From positions 40,352 through 104,351 of IMG/VR virus record IMGVR_UViG_3300027728_000006: DNA of 64,000 nt. One strand, 5' to 3'. Source of the stretch: a virus. Below, in pieces: positions 1 through 9,111 of this stretch. The notes under the pieces are model-generated. The model was not told the origin of the DNA and did no database searches. It worked only from the letters and a program-made list of their open reading frames with translations. Made by a program: the position numbers and the translations under genes. The first letter of the stretch is position 1. The number at the start of each line of letters is the position of its first letter.

Positions 1-81
1 ATCTTTTTTTTCGACTTCTACTTTTGGGCACCGAACACCATAAAATGGAAGGTTAAGTTTTGAAAAATTTTCTAAAAACAT
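1..81 (-). CDS. 5' part of a gene running off the window, probably the DNA polymerase III alpha (DnaE) catalytic part
   Basis: ATG at 81 opens MFLENFSKLNLPFYGVRCPKVEVEKKD to the window edge. It lies directly downstream of the PHP-domain and DnaQ genes. Identity is inferred from context only. Confidence 0.4.
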   Translation of the reverse strand, partial: MFLENFSKLNLPFYGVRCPKVEVEKKD

Positions 82-119
82 ATTCTATGTTAGATATTTA
101 AACGTTTTTGAGTTAGTTG

Positions 120-773
120 TCAAATTTCAATTTGATATTTTAATTTGTTCCAGACTTGAATATTTATATTTAAATCATAAAGAGCGTCGTGCAGCTTACT
201 TTCGTCAAGTTCTATAGATAAATTTTGAGCTACCTTGCTTAATGAGTTTTTAGAACCCTTGACTATATACCTGAGCATTTTGTACTGATAAAACATAAAA
301 TTCTCAGATTTTTGATATGGAATTCCGTTATTTATACCCTTTGCTATTGATAGCGTATCAAACACTTGTTTCTTCGCAAGGATATCTGGACACTTTCTAC
401 CCATTCGCTCATAGATGGCTTTAATGAGGTAAATATCAAATCCGAGAATATTGTGACCAGCTATCGCATCACAGTCTTTCAAGTGATCGGAGAGTATATT
501 GAAAGCATCAATTGGTTTAACGCCATCCTTATTCATTCGGTCCTCAGAGTAAGAATGAGCCATTTGCCTTGCGCCTTTTGAAAATTTAAAATCATCTCCC
601 CAGTTTATTAGTATGTCTAATTCGGAATTTTTGCAAATTTCTCCCCCAACTGTTTTAATCAAAGCCATCTGCCATGGAAGATTAAATCTATAATTAAGGC
701 AAAGATTGGCGGTTTCAAAATCAATAAAAAGAATTTTAATTTTCTTATTAAATCTAACGAGGTCTTCTTGCAT
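120..773 (-). CDS. dnaQ: DEDDh 3'-5' exonuclease (DNA polymerase III epsilon/DnaQ-like)
   Basis: ExoI FIDFET, ExoII GHNILGFD and ExoIII HDALYD motifs. Confidence 0.85.
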   Translation of the reverse strand: MQEDLVRFNKKIKILFIDFETANLCLNYRFNLPWQMALIKTVGGEICKNSELDILINWGDDFKFSKGARQMAHSYSEDRMNKDGVKPIDAFNILSDHLKDCDAIAGHNILGFDIYLIKAIYERMGRKCPDILAKKQVFDTLSIAKGINNGIPYQKSENFMFYQYKMLRYIVKGSKNSLSKVAQNLSIELDESKLHDALYDLNINIQVWNKLKYQIEI

Positions 774-774
774 T

Positions 775-1551
775 TTATTTATTTTCTAGAAAGGATTCGA
801 GACAAAAAGAATCACTGCACATGTGATCAAGATTAGGTTTTTGCAACTCACTTTTCTTGCCCAAGCATCTAATCGTCAAATAAGCTAAAAAGTCTTCCCT
901 ATTTTCGTAATAGATAGATTGTATTTTTATTAACTCTGAGGCTGGAAAGTTTGATTTTACGAATGAAAAAAGTTTTTCCTTATAAATTGAATCAAACGGT
1001 AATTCATTTTCCTCCCAAAAAAATGTTGGGGTTGTCCAAAATTCAGAAGGGGCGCAAGAACTCATCCTAAAATGATTATTAAAAAGATAAGAATCGTAAA
1101 ATGGAACGCCAAGTGAAAGAGAGGGGCACCAATATTTTTTCAAATTTTCAAAATCAATTCTAGGAACGTAATAAAACCCGTCTTTGGCGGCAGTAGAAAA
1201 GATTGAACTTAAATTTTCATAGCCGTCGGCATCATTTAAAAAGATAATATATTTAGATTCAGTTTTTATTGACGCTTCATTTTTTTCAGCAATATTATTG
1301 CAAACAGTAATTCTTAATCCAAAATTTACATTTACATCGAGGTCTTTAGAATTAAAGTAAAGCTCCAATAAGCCGGACATATTATCATCAACCAAAAAAG
1401 CATTCTTGATATTATTATCTTTAACCAATTTCAAAATTGACCTTGGTCCGACTTCACCTTCATGATTTTTTTCCAGCGTTAGGATGGATCGATTCATTGA
1501 ATAATGAGACTTGAAAAATGGTATAGTGTCGTCCATTTTTTGATCATACAT
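775..1551 (-). CDS. Stand-alone PHP domain of DNA polymerase III alpha (true start probably 1536)
   Basis: KSHYSMNRSIL, LVDDN, FGLRI, GYENL and GFYYVPRID match the DnaE N-terminal PHP region. Confidence 0.75.
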   Translation of the reverse strand: MYDQKMDDTIPFFKSHYSMNRSILTLEKNHEGEVGPRSILKLVKDNNIKNAFLVDDNMSGLLELYFNSKDLDVNVNFGLRITVCNNIAEKNEASIKTESKYIIFLNDADGYENLSSIFSTAAKDGFYYVPRIDFENLKKYWCPSLSLGVPFYDSYLFNNHFRMSSCAPSEFWTTPTFFWEENELPFDSIYKEKLFSFVKSNFPASELIKIQSIYYENREDFLAYLTIRCLGKKSELQKPNLDHMCSDSFCLESFLENK

Positions 1552-1570
1552 GTTCTTTAAGACATGTCAA
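1543..1570 (-). promoter_or_regulatory. sigma70-type promoter
   Basis: TTGACA-16 nt-TATGAT, with ATG (1536) 6 nt after the -10. Confidence 0.55.
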
Positions 1571-1573
1571 ACG

Positions 1574-2578
1574 TTATTTGAACGCTGGGCAACCAGAGTA
1601 ATCAATTACTTCGATTTCCCATTCTTGTTCTTTTTTATTTTTTTCAATTTTTTCCAATGCTTCCTGATACTCTATATGTGAAGAGACTCCTTTGGCGGTT
1701 CTTTTGGATTCATCTTTTTCAATAATTTTATAAAAAGTCATTGGATTTTTGTAGGGACATGTCCATTTTCCCATTTGGCATAGCCAACTCTTTTTTCTAT
1801 CAAAGTAAGCCATGTTGTTCGTGGCAGACTTTTCATCTATTTTTTCTATAACAGATGTTATGTATTCTAAATAATGCTCCAATCCGTCGATTTCATTCTC
1901 AGAAAAATTACTGTCCTGGTACGGGCTGTCTGGGAATCTCATAAAAAAGAAACTAGCCTTGTAGTTTTTATAATTTTTCCATATTTTTCTAGCGACGAGG
2001 GAATACATCATAGCTTGAATGTTGGCGTCCTCATCGTCTCCTTTAAATTTTTTAGAAGAACTCTTGTAGTCTAAAATCTTAATATCATCGCCATCTATCT
2101 CTACTCTATCAATAAAACCCCTAATTGCATACCTTGGTGACTCATTGACTATGTTAAACTCATATTCAGAATCTATAATTTTAGAAAAGTCCTTGTCTAT
2201 GAATTCGAATTTCATAGTTGTCATCACCATGTCGCAAACAGTTTCCCAATTATCTTTAGTTGGAAGCTTCGCTTTGATCGGTTTGACGGGCTCCTCTTTT
2301 GAGATTTTTTCTTTTAAGAATTGATTTTCTAAAAATCTTTTAATGGCGGGAATTTTTTCTGGAGATCCAGCATTCCATATTTTTTTAATATAATGTTGGT
2401 GCTTGGCTTTAGAAATCAATTCAAAAAGATTGTGAACAACCGTCCCCCTGCTGGCACCGCTATTTCCCTTTTGCGGAATGCCTAACTCATAGGAGGCATA
2501 ATATTGCCAAGAGCAAGAATCGAGGGTTTTTATTTTAGAAGCTGATAGGTATGTGGGTTTTTTTAATTGTTGTTCCAT
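1574..2578 (-). CDS. PD-(D/E)XK RecB-family/Cas4-like exonuclease
   Basis: LSASKIKTLDSC, GTVVH, GFIDRV, DYKSS and QAMMY motifs, plus C-terminal cysteines. Confidence 0.8.
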   Translation of the reverse strand: MEQQLKKPTYLSASKIKTLDSCSWQYYASYELGIPQKGNSGASRGTVVHNLFELISKAKHQHYIKKIWNAGSPEKIPAIKRFLENQFLKEKISKEEPVKPIKAKLPTKDNWETVCDMVMTTMKFEFIDKDFSKIIDSEYEFNIVNESPRYAIRGFIDRVEIDGDDIKILDYKSSSKKFKGDDEDANIQAMMYSLVARKIWKNYKNYKASFFFMRFPDSPYQDSNFSENEIDGLEHYLEYITSVIEKIDEKSATNNMAYFDRKKSWLCQMGKWTCPYKNPMTFYKIIEKDESKRTAKGVSSHIEYQEALEKIEKNKKEQEWEIEVIDYSGCPAFK

Positions 2579-3510
2579 TCTTGAATTTCTTTCTCTGACA
2601 TTTCTCCAAAATCATTTTTCGGAGGTAGTTTTATTATTACTTGATTTTTATCAAAATAATCAAGGAATTTCTTTTTTGCAGTTTGTGCTGCTAGATTTCC
2701 AGCATTGCTTTTTTTATCATTAACTGAGTCATTATTGAACGATATTATAATTTTCTCAGGATCTAGTGAGACAAGCGTGTAACACAATTCGTCTAAGCCT
2801 GTTAAGCCAAATGTGATAACAAAATTTCTAATACCAGACTGCCAAAGTTTTAATCCATCGCCAATGCTTTCAATAACAATGCAGGTTCTAGAATCTAGGA
2901 TATAATCTTTAGTCAAAAATAATGGGTATCTCCATTCGTTCTTTCTTCCGATATGTTTCCATTTTGGTGGATATTTATCATTCATGCCTCTCCCAGAGAA
3001 ACCTAAAATATTCTTTTTCTCGTCATAAATTGGAAAAACATATCTCCCTAGCATTTTTCCACTGTAACAAAGTCCTCCCTCGAAAAGATCTAAAGTTTCC
3101 TTTATTATTCCCCTTCCAGACCAATAAGAGTAATCGCTTTTGAGTTTTGAAAGAAGAGATTTGTCATAAAATTTAATATAATCAAGTTCCATATTTTCAG
3201 TTTGTGAGCTTTCTTGAATGTGATTCGAGAAATTTAAATTCAATTTTTTAAGCCAACTTTTTGCATAGCCTTTTGGCTTGCTCAGGCTAAGTTCTATCAA
3301 ATCTTCAAGTGAGCCGCAGTAGTTTCGAGCAAAATCTATCCATCGTCCATCGTCTTTCCTGATACAAAGAACACTATCATTGCCAGAGTCTCTGTAAATT
3401 GGCTTGGTTCTCCAGTCTCTTCCGTTGTCAGAAAGCTTATAGCCAAGATTTTCTAAAACGTTTCTGATTGATTCTGAATTACAAGAGTTCATCTTTACTA
3501 TTGCCACCAT
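2563..3510 (-). CDS. DNA primase (DnaG-like, TOPRIM)
   Basis: GRYVFPIYD, GFSGR, PKWKH, VIESIGD and KNDFGEM motifs; adjacent to DnaB. Confidence 0.8.
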   Translation of the reverse strand: MVAIVKMNSCNSESIRNVLENLGYKLSDNGRDWRTKPIYRDSGNDSVLCIRKDDGRWIDFARNYCGSLEDLIELSLSKPKGYAKSWLKKLNLNFSNHIQESSQTENMELDYIKFYDKSLLSKLKSDYSYWSGRGIIKETLDLFEGGLCYSGKMLGRYVFPIYDEKKNILGFSGRGMNDKYPPKWKHIGRKNEWRYPLFLTKDYILDSRTCIVIESIGDGLKLWQSGIRNFVITFGLTGLDELCYTLVSLDPEKIIISFNNDSVNDKKSNAGNLAAQTAKKKFLDYFDKNQVIIKLPPKNDFGEMSEKEIQEWNNN

Positions 3511-4984
3511 CTACGGGGCGTCCCTCCTTATCGAAAATTTGAAATTGAAGACCGTTTTTCTTAACAAGTTGATCAAGGCTTCCCTTTTCCTCTACGTTGA
3601 AATTCTTAACATCGAAAGATATATAATTGCTTACATATTTTCTTTCTCCGTTGACAATTCTTTCAACCAAGTCAACGTGACCGCTGGCTTCTTTTCCTTG
3701 GAAGCGGCTGGCAGTTGTTACCAATTTATGAGAACCGCATTCTTCCCCATCTTCTTCAATTTCATCAATCGTTTTTCTTCTAAAGATGCCAACATAAGAT
3801 GCGAACCATTGGAGGCGGTCAGATAGAGCGATAGCGGAAGAGTCATCAGTGAATCCTCCTGCTTTTCTATTCTGACTTTCTCCGCTTCTATTCATTTGAG
3901 TGGAAGTCAATACTACACAATTCAATTCTTCACCAAGCTTCTTGAGTTTATCGGTCTTGTCTCCGATTACTTGATATTCCTTCCAGGATTCAGAAACTCC
4001 TTCTCCTGTCATTTTAAGATAATCATATGTGATAATAGCGTTTTCTCCGCGACCAACCTTGGAATAATACCATCTGCGAGCTATTGACATGATTTCACTC
4101 GTACTTTTATTTCCAACTTTCAAATGATGAAATTTGAAATTTTTAATTTTTGTCCAAGTGGCTCTAACTTTTTGAACCATTTCTGGATTTTTTCTCCAAT
4201 TTCCAGTATCTATGTACCAAAATGGCACGCCAGAAATTGACGCGATCAGTCTTTTTTGAACATCAAGCGTTTCCATTTCAGTATCCAGGTACAAGCACGA
4301 CACTTTGCCATTGTAAGTCTCATTGCATATCTTATAATTTAGATCGCAAAGCATCGTGGTCTTTCCAGATTTTGGACGAGCAACAAAAGCATACAAATTT
4401 TTTGGTCGAAGACCTCCATATAGGCGATTAAAATCTTTAAATGGAGTGAGAAATCCCGAATCATCAACTGGATTGTTTCCAATTTCTTCAATTTGCTCCA
4501 TAGCATCTTCGAAAATATTTACAGGCTCTTCAAATAAGTCATAAACGCTAATTTTTTCATTATAAATTGCATCTGCAGCAGCAATAATCTGATCTGCTGA
4601 CATTTCCTCTTTGGCGATCATCTTCTGCTTTAACTTCTCTGCAGTTTCATGAATTTCCCTTTTGATTGTAAGGGTTTTAAGTTTTTTAGCAGATTCAATA
4701 AACGCTTTTTCAGATAAGTTTATTAGGCTTAAGCTCTCAAGATAATCAAATATGTTTGTGGAGTTTTTAAATGTTATACCAAGATTGTTAATTTTTTGGC
4801 TAATCAGAACATTATCAACACTTTCATTCTGAGCAATTGTATTTTTAATGACGCTGAAGATTACAGAGTGGATATTATGGTAAAAATCTTTCTCATTTAC
4901 AAATGAATCAATTTCATAAAATGATTTTGGATATTTTAAGCATCCTGTGATTACGTGTTTTTCTACTGGCAGAGAATAAATCAT
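3479..4984 (-). CDS. dnaB: Replicative DNA helicase, DnaB family
   Basis: DnaB N-terminal domain (EKHVITG, DFYHNIH), Walker A ARPKSGKTT, LDTEM, YDYLK and QMNR motifs. Confidence 0.9.
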   Translation of the reverse strand: MIYSLPVEKHVITGCLKYPKSFYEIDSFVNEKDFYHNIHSVIFSVIKNTIAQNESVDNVLISQKINNLGITFKNSTNIFDYLESLSLINLSEKAFIESAKKLKTLTIKREIHETAEKLKQKMIAKEEMSADQIIAAADAIYNEKISVYDLFEEPVNIFEDAMEQIEEIGNNPVDDSGFLTPFKDFNRLYGGLRPKNLYAFVARPKSGKTTMLCDLNYKICNETYNGKVSCLYLDTEMETLDVQKRLIASISGVPFWYIDTGNWRKNPEMVQKVRATWTKIKNFKFHHLKVGNKSTSEIMSIARRWYYSKVGRGENAIITYDYLKMTGEGVSESWKEYQVIGDKTDKLKKLGEELNCVVLTSTQMNRSGESQNRKAGGFTDDSSAIALSDRLQWFASYVGIFRRKTIDEIEEDGEECGSHKLVTTASRFQGKEASGHVDLVERIVNGERKYVSNYISFDVKNFNVEEKGSLDQLVKKNGLQFQIFDKEGRPVDGGNSKDELL

Positions 4985-4990
4985 ACTTGT

Positions 4991-5019
4991 ATTATTAGCA
5001 TCTTTTTTAATCTAGTCAA
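4991..5019 (-). promoter_or_regulatory. sigma70-type promoter of dnaB
   Basis: TTGACT-17 nt-AATAAT, then 6 nt, then ATG. Confidence 0.45.
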
Positions 5020-5039
5020 ACTAATACGGGGCCTTGTTT

Positions 5040-5294
5040 TCAATCCCCCTCATCGTCCTCATATGAATTCATAATGTCTTTTTTCATTCTTTCAAGTCTG
5101 CACTGCTTGTCAGCTTCTAGCCACTCCATTGAAAAATTTTTAATTTGAGATTCGTGAAGCGCGCTATCATAGCTTTCGTAGATGTTTGGCAAACCGTCAG
5201 ATCCTAAAACTATCATCATATATGCTCCACCACTCATTTCTTCAAGCTGCAATAAAATTGATTCTGGCAAGAGAAAATCATTGTCGTGTTCCAT
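5040..5294 (-). CDS. Hypothetical acidic protein
   Basis: ORF packed within the replication operon. Confidence 0.6.
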   Translation of the reverse strand: MEHDNDFLLPESILLQLEEMSGGAYMMIVLGSDGLPNIYESYDSALHESQIKNFSMEWLEADKQCRLERMKKDIMNSYEDDEGD

Positions 5295-5298
5295 TATT

Positions 5299-5712
5299 TT
5301 ATAAAATTAAATTAAATTTTTCTGCCATTAGTTCTGCTGATAAATCTTTAGTTTCAAAATCGTATATCTCTAGAAATACAAAACCATTGGATTCTATCCA
5401 ATTTATTTTTTCAAAATCTCTCTTTATGGATTTCAAGAAGCCAACTCTATTTTTATGAAAAAACTTTACAAACTTCTCATGCTGTCTTCCAGACGTCTCT
5501 ATTGCTATTTTTTTTGTAAAATTTATTAGATCTATCCTAAGCTTGCTGCCTGGAATTTTAAATTCTTCGCAGACCACGTCTGCTATCCAGTATTTTTTAA
5601 AAAATTGTTTTGTAGCAAATTGAGGCGCACTTTTAGATGGATGATCCCATTCTATTGAATATTTCGTATGGCTTACCTTGGTCGGTCTGCCTTTCATGTT
5701 GGAAATAATCAT
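5299..5712 (-). CDS. Vsr/DUF559-like endonuclease
   Basis: EEF..PGSKLRIDL, IAIETSGRQH and RD..K motifs. Confidence 0.65.
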   Translation of the reverse strand: MIISNMKGRPTKVSHTKYSIEWDHPSKSAPQFATKQFFKKYWIADVVCEEFKIPGSKLRIDLINFTKKIAIETSGRQHEKFVKFFHKNRVGFLKSIKRDFEKINWIESNGFVFLEIYDFETKDLSAELMAEKFNLIL

Positions 5713-6794
5713 TAATTTAAACAGATTTCTTTAAATTTATTAAAAAGATATTCGGACGCTTCTTTATTATTGGCTAAGGCTAGTCTTAAGTTTTCAATGC
5801 CTTGTATAGTTTCTGGAAAAGAGATATTTTTATTTTTTAATTCCTCTATTAGGGATGGGTCTATTTTGATCCAGGCTCCTGCTTTTTTAGCCATTTCCCA
5901 AGTCAACATGAGGTCTGCAATTTCATAATCGATCCAAACTGAATTTCCATTTACTTGATTGTGCCTTATTGGGTATTTTATTTCTTTTCCATCTTTTTCA
6001 TTTGGAGATTTTCTAAATAAAATTTTAGCCCAGTGACCAATATTTTCTTCTTTTCCATTTGTAGTAGAAGTTATGTAGTCAGCCTTGTATCTCGGAGCAA
6101 ATTCAAAAATCCAATCTGAATAGTGAAGCAGTGCGGATCCTCCAGATGCATTTGTCAACCTTGGATCCGTTTTGGCATATTGATTTATTTTTACCTCGCT
6201 TCTAACTTGGGAAATCATTGCGCAAATATGACCACCCACAGAAAAGGGTAAAGCCATCTTCCTTAAGAAGTGAGAAGAAATTACAGCTCCTCCACTAACT
6301 TTCACCGCATCTTCGAAGGATTTGTCTTTGTCACCTTTGGGTATAAGAGCGTCCATACTGTCAATAATGAAAAAGTAATTTGTACTTTCTTCGTTTGTTT
6401 GAACAAGTTGATGAATTAAATTAGCTACAGTTTCATATATATTACTTTTAAATATAAAGCAGGTTCCTTCCTTCCAGTCTTCTGCATTTTCTACAAAATT
6501 TACTCCAGATCTTTCTATCATGTTTTTGGAAAGTCTTCCTTCGGCTTTTATGTAAAGAGCTTTTCTATTTTTGGAATTAGAAAGAAAACTTTTCATTATT
6601 GAAAGAGCGCAACTGGTTTTTCCTCCTCCGGAAACGCCACAAAACCTCATAATTGAGGGATGGATTCCTCCTCCCAACTCCACGTCGAATATGAGACTTC
6701 CGGTAGAAATCGTATAATCCACATTCTCGGAAAAATTAAAGTGATCTTCTTTGTTACTTTTTAGATAGCTTGCTAATAGGTCTTGCGATTTCAT
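5712..6794 (-). CDS. recA: RecA/UvsX-like recombinase
   Basis: ISTGSLIFDVELGGG, Walker A GVSGGGKTS, IIDSMDAL, ISQVR and SGGSALLHYS motifs. Confidence 0.85.
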   Translation of the reverse strand: MKSQDLLASYLKSNKEDHFNFSENVDYTISTGSLIFDVELGGGIHPSIMRFCGVSGGGKTSCALSIMKSFLSNSKNRKALYIKAEGRLSKNMIERSGVNFVENAEDWKEGTCFIFKSNIYETVANLIHQLVQTNEESTNYFFIIDSMDALIPKGDKDKSFEDAVKVSGGAVISSHFLRKMALPFSVGGHICAMISQVRSEVKINQYAKTDPRLTNASGGSALLHYSDWIFEFAPRYKADYITSTTNGKEENIGHWAKILFRKSPNEKDGKEIKYPIRHNQVNGNSVWIDYEIADLMLTWEMAKKAGAWIKIDPSLIEELKNKNISFPETIQGIENLRLALANNKEASEYLFNKFKEICLN

Positions 6795-7180
6795 TTTTTA
6801 TTGTTTAAAAAGTCTTTTAAAGTTTTTATTTTTTTAGAGTTTTCTTTTTCTACTAAATCTTCGCCATGCTTTTCGGACGAAAGTATTTCAGTGTTGTGTT
6901 CTTTTTCTAAGGTTTTTATTTTAGAAAAAAATCTTTTGTGTTTTTCATTTAGAAACGACCTACCCTTTGGGGTGAGGAACCAAGCAAGTGATGGAATTTC
7001 AAATTCTGGTATAGCATGCCTCCAGAAGGCAGGATCGTCGCATTTTTTTACTAGATCCTGCATTAGTTTCATCTCCTTTGGCCAAGAGATGGTTTTTTCT
7101 TGGCTTTTAGGTAGTTTTAAGCAGTTTAAAATAAATTCAGTTTTAAATCTATTTAATTTGAAATCTTTTTTACTTTTCAA
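6791..7180 (-). CDS. Hypothetical protein
   Basis: ORF whose stop overlaps the recA start. Confidence 0.6.
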   Translation of the reverse strand: MKSKKDFKLNRFKTEFILNCLKLPKSQEKTISWPKEMKLMQDLVKKCDDPAFWRHAIPEFEIPSLAWFLTPKGRSFLNEKHKRFFSKIKTLEKEHNTEILSSEKHGEDLVEKENSKKIKTLKDFLNNKK

Positions 7181-7215
7181 GATAAAAAGTAGTATCCTTT
7201 TTTTTTAAAGAAAGA

Positions 7216-7404
7216 TCAAGCTTTTTTTTCAAACACTGGACAAACCGCACAGAAGGCGGAGTTTATTTCTGGAATTTTTCTTAAAGTGCATTCGTAAACA
7301 GTTTTTTTCTGCTTATTACAGGGGCATCCTATAAAGACTTCTTTGGGGGCACCTCTATGAGCACATAAGTCCATTTTTTCTTGCCCATCTAAAACCGGTT
7401 TCAT
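7216..7404 (-). CDS. Small Cys-rich hypothetical protein
   Basis: 62 aa with 6 Cys (CPC, CAVC); GTGTAATA motif just upstream. Confidence 0.55.
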   Translation of the reverse strand: MKPVLDGQEKMDLCAHRGAPKEVFIGCPCNKQKKTVYECTLRKIPEINSAFCAVCPVFEKKA

Positions 7405-8534
7405 ATATTTATATTACACAATTTTAAATCATTTTCTACCATTTTTTTTACCAATTCGTCAAATGAAATTTTTGGAATCCAGTTTAGCTCTTTTCTTGCT
7501 AGAGTCGAGTCACCTAATAGAATGTCCACTTCAGCGGGTCTATAGAATTTTTTATTAATTTGCATCAAAACTATACTTGGTTTATTTTCCAATACGTATT
7601 TCTCATTAATTCCTTCTCCAACCCATAAGCCGTCAATTCCTGCGAATTTAAATGCTTTTTCAACAAATTCTCTTACAGTATGTGTTTCATTTGATGATAA
7701 TACATAATCTTTTGCATTTTCTTGGTTAAGCATAAGCCATATGCCTTTAACAAAATCTATAGCATGGCTCCAGTCTCTTTTTGCATCAATGTTTCCCAAT
7801 TCTAATGGAGAAAAATAAGATCCCGATCTCATATGACTTCTTATTCTGGCAACATTTGTTGTAATTTTTCTTGTTACAAATTCAATGCCCCTTCTTTCAG
7901 ATTCATGATTAAATAGCCACCCTTGAATAGCATATAGATCGTATGAATCTTTATATACTTTTACTAATTGTCTAGCTGCTGCCTTGCTTGCTCCATATGG
8001 GCTTCTTGGCTTCAATGGGTGTTTTTCATCCTGTGGAACGTATGAAACGTTTCCAAATTCTTCACTGGATCCAGCTTGATAGAATCTGCAGGTTGGCTTG
8101 TGCAGTCTGATAGCCTCTAATATATCCAAAACAGAAGTTGAATTAGCTTGCCATGTCTGCCTTGCGAAATCCCAACTGCTGGCTACGAAACTTTGAGCTG
8201 CTAGATTTATAAAATAATCCGGCTGAAGCTTTTCGATAATTCTTAAAATTGAATGTGAATCAGTTAAGTCAAAATTTAACAATAAAAATCTAGGGTTATT
8301 GATATGGCTGATATTGATATGATTGTAAACGCTCAATCTTCTAACTCCACCTACGATAAATAAATCAGTATTCTCAAGAAGATGTTCTACCATATAACTC
8401 CCATCTTGACCAGTAACACCAGTCACGATGCAGACCTTTTTGCCCAAAAGGATTTTGTGCGCATCATCTATATTTAGAATGTTCGCATTGTCTATTTTTT
8501 TACCGATATATGCCTCTTGTAAATTTTTATTCAT
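7401..8534 (-). CDS. gmd: GDP-mannose 4,6-dehydratase
   Basis: TGVTGQDGSY, NLAAQSFV, QAGSSEEFG, SPYGASK, FNHESERRG, LGNIDAKRDW and RPAEVD motifs. Confidence 0.95.
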   Translation of the reverse strand: MNKNLQEAYIGKKIDNANILNIDDAHKILLGKKVCIVTGVTGQDGSYMVEHLLENTDLFIVGGVRRLSVYNHINISHINNPRFLLLNFDLTDSHSILRIIEKLQPDYFINLAAQSFVASSWDFARQTWQANSTSVLDILEAIRLHKPTCRFYQAGSSEEFGNVSYVPQDEKHPLKPRSPYGASKAAARQLVKVYKDSYDLYAIQGWLFNHESERRGIEFVTRKITTNVARIRSHMRSGSYFSPLELGNIDAKRDWSHAIDFVKGIWLMLNQENAKDYVLSSNETHTVREFVEKAFKFAGIDGLWVGEGINEKYVLENKPSIVLMQINKKFYRPAEVDILLGDSTLARKELNWIPKISFDELVKKMVENDLKLCNINI

Positions 8535-8543
8535 TTAAATATT

Positions 8544-9110
8544 CTATTTTCTTACAATGAACATCATATCGTCATATCTGCCAATATCAGCCCTAAGGTC
8601 TACATGTTGAATATTTTTTTTGAATTCTTCTGGAACAAACTGATCAAGTATTGAAAAATGTTCGTATCTTTGGATATCTTCTATAACTAAAACTCCGCCA
8701 TTGTTAAGTTTCGGCAAATATAATTTGATAAAATCGATTTGGCTTTCTAGCGAATGTGGCCCATCGTCTATCATGATGTCAAAATTTGGTAATTTGCTGG
8801 CTACGTCTTGACTATATGCGTTTGCAAATAGCTGATTGACATTTTCTATACTTCTATATCTGTCTAAGATCGCTTGATCTGTAATGTCAAGTCCATAAAT
8901 ATTTGCATTTTCAAAATACTTCTCCCACAAGAACAGAGAGCCACCGTGGCATATTCCTATTTCCAGAAGATTTATTTCCTTGTCTTGAAATTTTAAAAAT
9001 TCATTTTCATAAAATCCCTTAACATAGTTATGGATTGTATTTTTATCTGTCCCTGTGTCGATATTGTCAAGAACGGGATCTTCGCTTAAGATTTCTATTA
9101 ATTTTTTCAT
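8544..9110 (-). CDS. Class I SAM-dependent methyltransferase (sugar O-methyltransferase-like)
   Basis: TDK..H.Y, LLEIGI..GGSL, DIMIDDGPH and GGVLVIED motifs. Confidence 0.8.
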   Translation of the reverse strand: MKKLIEILSEDPVLDNIDTGTDKNTIHNYVKGFYENEFLKFQDKEINLLEIGICHGGSLFLWEKYFENANIYGLDITDQAILDRYRSIENVNQLFANAYSQDVASKLPNFDIMIDDGPHSLESQIDFIKLYLPKLNNGGVLVIEDIQRYEHFSILDQFVPEEFKKNIQHVDLRADIGRYDDMMFIVRK

Positions 9111-9111
9111 T

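Noticed and set aside
1574-2578. Cas4 as part of a CRISPR-Cas system
   Set aside because: No other cas genes or array; the context is a replication operon, so a RecB-family exonuclease fits better
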